Virus record (IMG/VR): IMGVR_UViG_3300021962_000075
Length of the DNA: 64,000 nucleotides
Strand: one strand, 5' to 3'
Source of the DNA: an uncultured virus (IMG/VR IMGVR_UViG_3300021962_000075)
Lineage: Duplodnaviria; Heunggongvirae; Uroviricota; Caudoviricetes
Below the pieces are notes generated by a model. It did not search any database. It was not told where the DNA came from and saw only the letters and a list, made by a program, of their open reading frames with translations. Shown piece by piece: positions 40,701-48,505 of the stretch (position 1 is the first letter of the stretch; every line of letters begins with the position of its first letter). Made by a program: the position numbers and the translations under genes.

Positions 40701-41805
40701 CAGTGTATACTTTGACGGTAGTGGTGATTATCTCACAATTCCAACTAGTACAAATTTCGGATTCGGTTCAGGAGATTTTACTGTTGAGTTTTGGGTATAT
40801 CCTACAGCTACCACCAGACAAGACTGGATAGACATTACAGATGGAACAAATAGAGTTTTGGTTTATTATAGTGGTAGCGCAATCACATTCTATAGTGTAC
40901 CTACAAATGCTGCAGCAATTACCGGACCTGCAATTGTCGCCAGACAATGGTATCATATAGCGTTATCAAAAAGTTCTGGTTCTTCTAGACTATTTGTTAA
41001 TGGCGTTCAAGTTGGTGCTACATACGCAACAAATCAAACTTATTCAGCAACAATGCCAATAACAATTGGTAAAGACAGTGCCGGATCAACACACGTTACT
41101 GGTTATATCAGTGATATTAGGATCACTAAAGGCTTAGGAATATATACTGCAAATACTTCGGTACCAACTACGCCGGCGACAAATTATTCCACATCTAGAC
41201 CAGCAAGTTTGTTATTGAATATGAATAATGGCGGTATAACTGACAAACACAGTAGTCATACATTTGAAACAGTGGGTAATGCTCAATTAAGTACTGCTGT
41301 CAAAAAGTATGGTAGTGCTAGTATGTATTTTGACGGCAACGGAGATAGATTAGTAATTCCATACTCAACTTTATTTTCACAAATGCAACCATATACGGTT
41401 GAATTTTGGTTCTATCCAACAAATAATGGTGTTACCGGTCAATATATATTTGCTCGAAATTCAGGTGGTTTTTTTAATCTCAATTGGTTCGGAACTATTA
41501 TGAGGGTAGACAAACAAGGTACGGGTATACAGATTACCGGATCAACTACCATGGCAGTAAATCAATGGCACCATTTTGCCATGACGTATGATGGCACCAA
41601 CACAAAGATATGGGTAAATGGTGTATTAGATGGTTCTGTTGCCGGTACAAGTACTAGTGATACTAGCGCAAATATAACTATTGGATACTATGAAGCTTCA
41701 GGAACATCTTCTTACTATGGTTACATAGATGATTTTAAGTTTACTAAAGGTGTGGCACTTTACACTTCCAACTTCACACCACCAACACAATTACTAACAT
41801 CATAA
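37741..41805 (+). CDS. Large adhesin with IPT/Ig-like repeats and four LamG/ConA-like lectin domains
   Basis: PTITSFS..GGQTIVLNG.GF (IPT/TIG-like); SGSLPSG.TLSS.G.LSGT and GLPTGLTID..TG.ISGTPT (putative Ig); repeated S.YFDG.GDY..GTGDFT.E.W.Y..W.HIA..R...F.NG..GY.S..R. Confidence 0.85.
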   Translation: MFNSGILGKRSKDTTGIVSVRDNFNQQNYPVPTITSFSVTDESYNPTDDTAIDTAGGQTIVLNGYGFAPGITVMVNSSNISVVTYIDPNRISFTAPALSSGSYTVYATNVNGGTAILVPGLVYSGIPTFTTSAGSLGSYYETTSINTSVSATGDTPITYSVVSGSLPSGATLSSNGTLSGTAPADYSSSTYSFVIQASDAENQDTIRSFNLTINTDVVSFSTPANNVTYNVMGNSPISNVTASATSAAGYGVLYSSTGLPTGLTIDAGTGVISGTPTVEASNNSIITATANTTTRSSTLYINWVVSLGDLYWKQTSLLLNGETPVTPYISDASANNVALTVVGNPVPTKFNPYQDGYYSNYFDGTGDYLTAASSTAFQLGTGDYTFEAWIYPTALGSNNSNNILNIGTYITGLLIRCAATTGIEIYTNNTQRLLTATGLTQNAWQHIALVRSGSSCTFYVNGTSIGTFTDSSSISPATATVTIGMAAHNSSEFFTGYMSNYRLVKGTAVYTSAFTPSTSPLTAISGTSLLTCQSNRLIDKSSNAFTITKNGDTSVTQVQPFTVSNDYTGVYFPSTSDYSTFTGTTAQVFGTGDFTVECWVYATNTGTTTGHNISRPSTLTNTWSLQTYNSALNWLFGSTTLGTGAVPVYAWSHLCVSRVSGVTKGFVNGTQTFSVADTNNYSASPTRPIGPGGGGAAVFYVSDFRVVVGSGVTSVTVPTSPLTAITNTQLLTHQYSGAVVNQTIIDNGQFNNIITRNGNASQGTFSPYSQTGWSNFFDGSGDYIDVTGIPVAATGQFTVEAWIYTNKVNSSTNQMIYSQYNTTDSNRFTININTSNKLTVTHPSGNITGATTITPYQWNHIAVTRDASNTLRIFLNGVVDASSSSWTNSIFQTNARIGYYPNTPLDYFNGYISNLRVLSGTGLYTEAFTLPTTALTAIANTTLLTCGSNRFVDNSNNNYTLTRTGDVSVQAFSPFGGTAYNPSLHGGSVYFDGSGDYLTIPTSTNFGFGSGDFTVEFWVYPTATTRQDWIDITDGTNRVLVYYSGSAITFYSVPTNAAAITGPAIVARQWYHIALSKSSGSSRLFVNGVQVGATYATNQTYSATMPITIGKDSAGSTHVTGYISDIRITKGLGIYTANTSVPTTPATNYSTSRPASLLLNMNNGGITDKHSSHTFETVGNAQLSTAVKKYGSASMYFDGNGDRLVIPYSTLFSQMQPYTVEFWFYPTNNGVTGQYIFARNSGGFFNLNWFGTIMRVDKQGTGIQITGSTTMAVNQWHHFAMTYDGTNTKIWVNGVLDGSVAGTSTSDTSANITIGYYEASGTSSYYGYIDDFKFTKGVALYTSNFTPPTQLLTS

Positions 41806-41812
41806 TAGTTTG

Positions 41813-41819
41813 ATAAATA
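41813..41819 (+). promoter_or_regulatory. Late promoter ATAAATA, 4 nt before the ATG at 41824
   Basis: ATAAATA-aaac-ATG, no SD. Confidence 0.65.
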
Positions 41820-41823
41820 AAAC

Positions 41824-42867
41824 ATGTCAACACAAGTAACTCCATCAAGATTAGATTCAACTAAAGATTTTTCGTCTTTGGTGCCGTCTGCCTATGCGGC
41901 AGCAAACGCAGCTTTTGTGCAGGCAAATGCTGCCTTTGCTCAAGCAAATACAGGTGGTGGCGGTGCGGGTTCAGATGCTTGGGCCAGAGATACAGCTAAT
42001 GCATCATTCCTACAAGCAAACTCTGCGGCATCATTTGCCAATGGTTCTTTTGTAACCGCCAACACAGCTGCAAGTTTTGCCAATGGTGCTTTCTTAAGAG
42101 CCAACGCATCATATACAGCTCAAAACACTACGGCTGAATTTGCTAATGGTTCTTTTTTAACTGCTAACTCGGCAGCCAGCTTTGCTAATGCAGCATATCA
42201 ATCACAAAATACTACCGCATCATTTGCTAATGGTTCTTTCATTGCGGCAAACTCAGCAGGTTCATTTGCCAATGCAGCCTTTGTAACAGCCAACTCTGGT
42301 GCATCATTTGCCAATTCTGCATATGCACATGCCAATGCAGCATATGCTCAAGCAAATACTGGTGGGTCAGGTACAGATGCATGGGCAAGAGATACAGCAA
42401 ATGCCGCTTATGCACATGCAAACGCAGCCTTTACAACAGCTAATACTGGCGGTGGTGGCGGCTCAGACACATGGGCTAGAGCACAGGCCAATGCTGCGTT
42501 TGCAAAAGCAAATTCTGAAATTATAATTTTCGCAGTAACAGACGACACATCAAATATCACAGTCAGTTCTGCTAGGGCGTCATTCAGAGCACCTTCTGCA
42601 ATGACATTAACTGGTCTACCTAGAGCATCACTAAATGTTGCTTCAACATCCGGTATAGTTAACGTTGATATTAAGATAGCAGGAACAACAATACTTGGTT
42701 CAAATAAATTAACAATAGATGCAACAGAAAAAACCAGTACAACTGCTGCAACACCAACAACATATGTGACAACATCGGTAGCTGATGATGCGGAAATTAG
42801 TGTTGATATTCTTGGTGCTGGTACAGGTGCAAAAGGTTTAAAGATAACTCTTTACTATACGGATTAA
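41824..42867 (+). CDS. Stalk/adaptor protein (ANxAF repeats plus C-terminal beta domain)
   Basis: DxWAR..ANAAF x3; C-terminal FRAP.AMTL..LPRASL..ASTSG...AKGLK.TLYY shared with 45387. Confidence 0.75.
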   Translation: MSTQVTPSRLDSTKDFSSLVPSAYAAANAAFVQANAAFAQANTGGGGAGSDAWARDTANASFLQANSAASFANGSFVTANTAASFANGAFLRANASYTAQNTTAEFANGSFLTANSAASFANAAYQSQNTTASFANGSFIAANSAGSFANAAFVTANSGASFANSAYAHANAAYAQANTGGSGTDAWARDTANAAYAHANAAFTTANTGGGGGSDTWARAQANAAFAKANSEIIIFAVTDDTSNITVSSARASFRAPSAMTLTGLPRASLNVASTSGIVNVDIKIAGTTILGSNKLTIDATEKTSTTAATPTTYVTTSVADDAEISVDILGAGTGAKGLKITLYYTD

Positions 42868-42868
42868 T

Positions 42869-44953
42869 ATGTCGGGTGTTATGTTTATTAATAATGCAGT
42901 GAATTACATAGCATTAGCGGGTCAAGAAGAATGGACATCCAGTTCAGGTACTTTTACTTGGATTGTACCTAGAGGTGTCTATGAAATTCATGTTTGTTGT
43001 ATTGGTGGTGGAGGCGGTGGCGGAGCTCACGCTACTGCACCAGCTGGCGGTGGTTATGGTGGTTCGTTAGCATGGGGTAATAAAATACCAGTAACACCTG
43101 GAGAACAAATAACCGTTCGGGTGGGTGACGGGGGTGGTAATGCAATTGGCACTGGTGTAAGTGGTGGTTCCGGCGGCGAATCTTATATCGCAAGAGGTGC
43201 CACAAGATTGTTAAGTGCTGCTGGTGGTCCAGGTGGTGGAACAACATTAGCAGGTACAAATCAAAGTACAACTTCAACAGCAGTTAGTGGAACAAATAGT
43301 GTATATGGTTTAACTGACGCATCTTATAGTCACGGTGGACCATCATATGTAACTAACGCAACATCAAGTGAGAGATGTTCTGGCGGTGGCGGCGCAGCAG
43401 GATACGCCTCAATTGCAAACATTGGAACAATCACAGGTGGAATTGGTGGACCCAATAATACCGGATACACATCAGGGACCAGTGGCGGTAGCGGAGGTGG
43501 TTCCGGAGGCATTTCATCTGACACTGGAGGTGCTGGTGGAGGTACAGGACCATGGGGTCAAGGCACTAGCGGATCAGCCGCTTCAACAACAGGTGGTTGG
43601 GCTGGCGTAGGTGGTTCGGGTGGCCTGCCGACTGCAAGTTTTGAGAGTCCACCTGCACAATCTATCGCATCAGCTTGGAGTGCATCAAGTTGGTCACCCA
43701 ATGCAGGATTATTTGGCGGTGGTGGCGGCGGTGGATTAAACTCAAACCCAGGTACAGGTTCCGGTTTCGGTGCAAGAGGTTGTGTGAGAATAATGTGGGG
43801 AGAAGGCAGAGGGTATCCTTCAACAAATACAGGTGACTACTATGGTTCAACCGCTGTAACAAGTAGTCAACAAAATTATTTTACGCCAGGAACATATACA
43901 TGGACTGTTCCAGCAGGCGTTAGAGAATTTTCAGTGTGCGCTATAGGTGGTGGCGGAGCAGGTATGCAAGGCACTACTACAACAGGAAAAGGCAGTGGTG
44001 GTGGTGGCGCTTTAGCGTGGGCGAATTTCAAGTGTGAACCTGGAGAATCATTTACTGTAGTAGCCGGTGCTGCAGGACAATCAACTGCATTAAACACTGC
44101 AACCGCAGGTGGTGCCAGTACTGTTACTAGAAACGTTTCGTTTAAAGGGTTTATATCAGGAACAAATTTGTACATTACTGAAATGATTTCAGGATTAATA
44201 ACAACCGCAATAACTATAACGGGCTCGGGTGTAACATCAACAACAATAAATGCATTTCAAACGGGTGAATATGGTAAAGAAGGAACTTATACGATAGGTA
44301 CTTCACAAACAGTAGGAACATTAGACTCACCAATCACATTTAGTGGTACTTTGTTATTAATGACAGCTGGCGGCGGTGGTGCTGCTTTAGCTGTTGGTGG
44401 TGGCACACCATCAGGAGGAACATATTCTGTACACTCAACTGCAAAAAGTAGTGGAGGCATGAGTGGCGGTGCTGGTGGCACAAGTAACTCATCGACAACT
44501 GCGTTTGGTGGTAGTGGAGGTGGTGCAGGAGGATACCAAGGCACAGCAGGCGGTGCCGGAAGAAATTCATCTTCAGCTCTAAATGGAAACTATCCAACAC
44601 CATATGTAGCTAATAGAATTTCAATGACGGGTGGATCATCGAGTGGACGTAATGGTGGTGCTGCGGGTGCGATGGGTGCTGGCGGTGGTGGTACAGGAAT
44701 ATATGGCACAGGTAGAGAGCCTGGACAAGATACTGGTCAAGTATCTTCAGCACTTAATTCAGGTGGTGTTGCAGGCAGCGGAGGACAAGACGGTACCGCA
44801 CCAGCAGGCACTGGCCAAGGTGGCCAGTTCGGAGGTGGCGGCGGCGGATCAGGTAACAACTACACTGCTGGTCGAGCAAACGGTGGAATTGGTGGTGTAA
44901 GAATAACTTGGGGTGCTAGACACAAGTATCCCGCACCAACAACAGATGTTTAA
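42869..44953 (+). CDS. Glycine-rich adhesin-like protein, two tandem Gly-rich domains
   Basis: Two copies of GT(F/Y)TW.VP.GV....V..IGGGG.G ... G.VRI.WG...YP. Confidence 0.8.
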   Translation: MSGVMFINNAVNYIALAGQEEWTSSSGTFTWIVPRGVYEIHVCCIGGGGGGGAHATAPAGGGYGGSLAWGNKIPVTPGEQITVRVGDGGGNAIGTGVSGGSGGESYIARGATRLLSAAGGPGGGTTLAGTNQSTTSTAVSGTNSVYGLTDASYSHGGPSYVTNATSSERCSGGGGAAGYASIANIGTITGGIGGPNNTGYTSGTSGGSGGGSGGISSDTGGAGGGTGPWGQGTSGSAASTTGGWAGVGGSGGLPTASFESPPAQSIASAWSASSWSPNAGLFGGGGGGGLNSNPGTGSGFGARGCVRIMWGEGRGYPSTNTGDYYGSTAVTSSQQNYFTPGTYTWTVPAGVREFSVCAIGGGGAGMQGTTTTGKGSGGGGALAWANFKCEPGESFTVVAGAAGQSTALNTATAGGASTVTRNVSFKGFISGTNLYITEMISGLITTAITITGSGVTSTTINAFQTGEYGKEGTYTIGTSQTVGTLDSPITFSGTLLLMTAGGGGAALAVGGGTPSGGTYSVHSTAKSSGGMSGGAGGTSNSSTTAFGGSGGGAGGYQGTAGGAGRNSSSALNGNYPTPYVANRISMTGGSSSGRNGGAAGAMGAGGGGTGIYGTGREPGQDTGQVSSALNSGGVAGSGGQDGTAPAGTGQGGQFGGGGGGSGNNYTAGRANGGIGGVRITWGARHKYPAPTTDV

Positions 44954-44966
44954 TTAAGGAAAAACT

Positions 44967-45380
44967 ATGAATTTATGTATTGAAATTTATGAAGGCAATC
45001 CAATCAATCATCCAATCCAACAATCCAATTTGGAAATGATTTATCCTGGTATAGATTTTGAAAATTTACCTGAAAAATATTGTAAATTTGTTCGTGTTGA
45101 GAAACCATTTCCTAAATGGGATGAAGTTATTGAAGGACCAGAATACAAAATTATTGATGGTGTTTGTTATGATGTATGGACAATTAATAAAATTTCTGAT
45201 GAAGAACGTCAGCAAAAAATTGCAGATTTAGTTGCATCTTGTCCTTATCCATCATGGACAATAGATTATGAAAATCATAATATAATACCACCAACGCCAA
45301 TGCCAGAACAAGGTTCTTGGACATGGGACGAAGCAACTCTTTCTTGGGTCGAATATGTGGAACCAACAGACAACATATAA
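44967..45380 (+). CDS. Acidic Trp/Pro-rich partner of Gly-rich fibre (assembly chaperone-like)
   Basis: PYPSW, PPTPMP..W.WDEATLSW motifs; follows the Gly-rich gene. Confidence 0.65.
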   Translation: MNLCIEIYEGNPINHPIQQSNLEMIYPGIDFENLPEKYCKFVRVEKPFPKWDEVIEGPEYKIIDGVCYDVWTINKISDEERQQKIADLVASCPYPSWTIDYENHNIIPPTPMPEQGSWTWDEATLSWVEYVEPTDNI

Positions 45381-45386
45381 TAAAAA

Positions 45387-45854
45387 ATGACAACAAAAAT
45401 AAAACTACCCAATATAGACACATCGTATGATTATTCATCTTTGGTACCAGCATCATTTGCACAGGCTAATGCGGCATTTTTATCTGCAAACAATGCAGGT
45501 AATGTTTATATGACGATAGCTCTTAGTGATGAAACAACTGCAATTACAACAGGTACATCAAAAGTAACTTTCAGAGCACCACATGCAATGACATTAAATC
45601 AATTACCTAGAGCATCACTAGCTACTGCAAGTACATCAGGTAATCCAGCAATTGATATTAATAAAAACGGCACAAGTATTTTTAGCACCACATTAACCAT
45701 AGATGCTAACGAAAAAACAAGTGTGACTGCCGCAACGCCCGCAGTGTTGTCCACCACAACGTTTGCAGATGATGATGAAATAACTATGGATATAGATACA
45801 GCCGGTACAGACGCAAAAGGATTAAAAGTCACATTATATTATAGAAGAACATGA
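45387..45854 (+). CDS. Short paralog of the 41824 stalk/adaptor protein
   Basis: Similar N-terminus (..SSLVP..A.ANAAF) and the same C-terminal domain as 41824, almost no stalk. Confidence 0.75.
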   Translation: MTTKIKLPNIDTSYDYSSLVPASFAQANAAFLSANNAGNVYMTIALSDETTAITTGTSKVTFRAPHAMTLNQLPRASLATASTSGNPAIDINKNGTSIFSTTLTIDANEKTSVTAATPAVLSTTTFADDDEITMDIDTAGTDAKGLKVTLYYRRT

Positions 45855-46798
45855 GATTTCTTATAAATTCATATGTACTTGGGGCTTCTGGCGTTGCACC
45901 AGGTCAACAAGAATATACAACACCAGGAACATATAGTTTTGTTGTACCAACAGGTGTAACAAGTGTATCTGTTGTTTGTATTGGTGGTGGCGGTGCAGGT
46001 TCAGTCGGCGGCGGCGCATCATCAAGAACTCCAGGTGGCGGCGGTGGCGGCCTAGGGTATAAAAATAACATATCAGTTACTCCAGGAGCAAGTTATACGG
46101 TTGTTGTTGGTGCAGGCCAAACTAGATTGGCTGTGTCTACTGCAACAGACGTTTATCCTGGTGGTTCAGGTGGCGATAGTTATTTTATAGATACATCTAC
46201 AGTTAAAGGTGGTGGCGGTGGCGGCGCAGGAAGCAATGCTGGTTCATCAGGCGGCAGTTATGTTGGTGATGGAGGTGGTGCTGGCGGCGGTGTGACAGGA
46301 AACACTAGTGACCGAGCAGAAGGTGGTGGCGGCGCTGGCGGATACTCTGGTACAGGTGGTATCGGAGGCCAAGCAAACAGTAATAGTGGTAACGGTGGTT
46401 CAGGATCAGGCGGCGGAGGCGGAGGCGGCGGTGCTGCATGGACTACAAGTGGCAGTTCTTATCGTGCGGGTTCGGGTGGTGGAACAGGATTATTAGGCCA
46501 AGGATCAAACGGTACTGGCGGCACATTTAATAGTGGTGCTGGGACTGGCGGTTCAAATCCGCAAGGTGGAGGTGGTGGCGGTGGTTCTGGTGGTGGAAAT
46601 GGTACAAGCGGCGGCATATCAACATCAGACACAAACATAGGTGGTAGTTATGGCGGTGGTGGTGGTGGTGTATCAAGAAATACAGGAACAGTGTATAGTG
46701 GCAGTGGGCAAAATGGAGGTGTCCGTATTATGTGGGCTGGTACCAGAGTGGGTGATGTATCAAGAGCCTACCCATCGACAAATACAGGAAACTTATAA
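45851..46798 (+). CDS. Glycine-rich adhesin-like protein, one domain
   Basis: GQQEYTTPGTYSFVVPTGVTSVSVVCIGGGG ... GGVRIMW...YPSTNTG, homologous to the domains in 42869. Confidence 0.8.
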   Translation: MRFLINSYVLGASGVAPGQQEYTTPGTYSFVVPTGVTSVSVVCIGGGGAGSVGGGASSRTPGGGGGGLGYKNNISVTPGASYTVVVGAGQTRLAVSTATDVYPGGSGGDSYFIDTSTVKGGGGGGAGSNAGSSGGSYVGDGGGAGGGVTGNTSDRAEGGGGAGGYSGTGGIGGQANSNSGNGGSGSGGGGGGGGAAWTTSGSSYRAGSGGGTGLLGQGSNGTGGTFNSGAGTGGSNPQGGGGGGGSGGGNGTSGGISTSDTNIGGSYGGGGGGVSRNTGTVYSGSGQNGGVRIMWAGTRVGDVSRAYPSTNTGNL

Positions 46799-46824
46799 AT
46801 GAAATTTCTGCCGCCAGAAGAATA

Positions 46825-46831
46825 ATAAATA
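46825..46831 (+). promoter_or_regulatory. Late promoter ATAAATA for the neck genes
   Basis: Intergenic, before gp13. Confidence 0.7.
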
Positions 46832-46848
46832 CCCTATAGGGGGAAAAC

Positions 46849-47622
46849 ATGGCCACAATAACAACAAGAACAGCATTTAAAGATTACTGCTTACGTAGAC
46901 TAGGATTTCCAGTAATCGAAATCAACGTTGATGACGACCAGGTAGAAGACCGTATTGACGATGCATTACAATACTGGCAAGACTATCACTTTGATGGTCT
47001 ACAAAAGGTTTATTACATTAAAAGAATAGACCAAAACGATATTGATAACAAATATTTGGATATATCTGAAGCCACAGATTCATCAAACAACGCATTACAA
47101 ATTGCTGGTATCACCAGAATATTCCCTATTTCCGATTCTCTTTCTCAAGTCAATATGTTTGATTTGAGATACCAATTGCGTTTGAATGAGTTGTATGACT
47201 TTACATCCGCATCATACATCAACTATACCATGACACAACAACATCTACGTATGTTGGAACAATTGTTTAGTGGTGAAGTACCTATTAGATTTCAAAGACA
47301 CATGCAAAGATTGTACATTGATTGGGCTTGGGGTCACAGCGAAGCACCAGTTGGTACAACAGTGATTGCAGAGTGTTATGCAACAATTGATCCTGACATT
47401 TATACGCAGGCATGGAATGACCGATGGTTAAAAGAATATGCAACAGCACTTATCAAGCGTTCTTGGGGTAACAACCTTAAAAAGTTTGAAGGCATTCAAT
47501 TGCCAGGTGGTGTCAAACTAAATGGCGACAAGATTTATCAAGAAGCCAAAAACGAGATAGATGCTCTACATGCGGAAATTGGTGACAAGTATGGTGCACC
47601 ACTAGAAATGTTCATGAACTAA
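46849..47622 (+). CDS. gp13: Neck protein
   Basis: DYCLRRLGFPVIEINVDDDQVEDRIDDALQYW..YHFDG, WLKEYATALIKRSWG.NL.KF.GIQLPGGV.LNG. Confidence 0.95.
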   Translation: MATITTRTAFKDYCLRRLGFPVIEINVDDDQVEDRIDDALQYWQDYHFDGLQKVYYIKRIDQNDIDNKYLDISEATDSSNNALQIAGITRIFPISDSLSQVNMFDLRYQLRLNELYDFTSASYINYTMTQQHLRMLEQLFSGEVPIRFQRHMQRLYIDWAWGHSEAPVGTTVIAECYATIDPDIYTQAWNDRWLKEYATALIKRSWGNNLKKFEGIQLPGGVKLNGDKIYQEAKNEIDALHAEIGDKYGAPLEMFMN

Positions 47623-47623
47623 T

Positions 47624-48505
47624 ATGGCAACCTCGGTTTATTTCAATAATTATAACTCTCTTGCTGAGCAGAGGGTAATTGAAGACTTGATTGTTGAGTC
47701 AATCAAGATTATGGGTTTTGACGCCTACTATTTACCTATTGAAAATGAAACCGATAGAGACATATTGTATGGTGAGGATCCAATTAAGAGATTTAGTTCA
47801 GCCTTCCCAATTGAATTTTACTTATCAAGTTCAATGGAATATGGTGGTGAAAAAGAATTCTTTTCTAAGTTTGGTCTTGAGATTAAGAACACTGTTAACA
47901 TTATTCTTTCTAAACGTTCTTTCTCACAAAGAGTACCACAAGATTCTTTTACTAGACCCCGTGAAGGCGATTTAATTTATGTACCATTCTTAAATGGTAC
48001 TGGTGAATTATTTGAAATCAAATTCACAAACCAGACCAAAGACTTTTTCATGTTAGGTCGCAAGATACCATTCTTCTATGAATTGGAACTAGAGAAATTC
48101 AAGTATTCACAAGAAGTTATCGACACTGGTGTGGAAGATATTGATGATGTTATGATTCAATCAAGTTACACTTTAGACTTGATTGTTGGCCAAGGTGAAG
48201 GTTCATATGAAGCAAGAGAAATTGTATATCAATCTGATGATGGCACACAAGCAAATGCATGGGTTGTGGCTATCGTACAAGAATTTATTAAGCCAGAAGA
48301 TACACTAAAAGTTACCAATATTGCAGGTGAATTCAGAGATAACGTTGCAATCATTGGTGCAACAAGTAATGCAGAATACTATTTGGCATCTTTTGATCCG
48401 TTAAAAGATAGTACAAGAAATGAAACATATGACAATGCATATTTGTTTGATACTGCAAATAATATTATTGACTTTACAGAAACAAATCCGTTTGGAAGAA
48501 TTTAA
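47624..48505 (+). CDS. gp14: Neck protein / head closure
   Basis: EQRVIEDLIVESIKIMG, FSKFGLEI, RPREGDLIY, LFEIKF, IDFTETNPFG. Confidence 0.95.
   Translation: MATSVYFNNYNSLAEQRVIEDLIVESIKIMGFDAYYLPIENETDRDILYGEDPIKRFSSAFPIEFYLSSSMEYGGEKEFFSKFGLEIKNTVNIILSKRSFSQRVPQDSFTRPREGDLIYVPFLNGTGELFEIKFTNQTKDFFMLGRKIPFFYELELEKFKYSQEVIDTGVEDIDDVMIQSSYTLDLIVGQGEGSYEAREIVYQSDDGTQANAWVVAIVQEFIKPEDTLKVTNIAGEFRDNVAIIGATSNAEYYLASFDPLKDSTRNETYDNAYLFDTANNIIDFTETNPFGRI

Noticed and set aside
35761..42526. Antisense and alternate-frame ORFs over ANxAF arrays, or the arrays as CRISPR/invertible repeats
   Set aside because: Repeats are degenerate at third codon positions (protein-level selection); no invertase or inverted crossover sites seen
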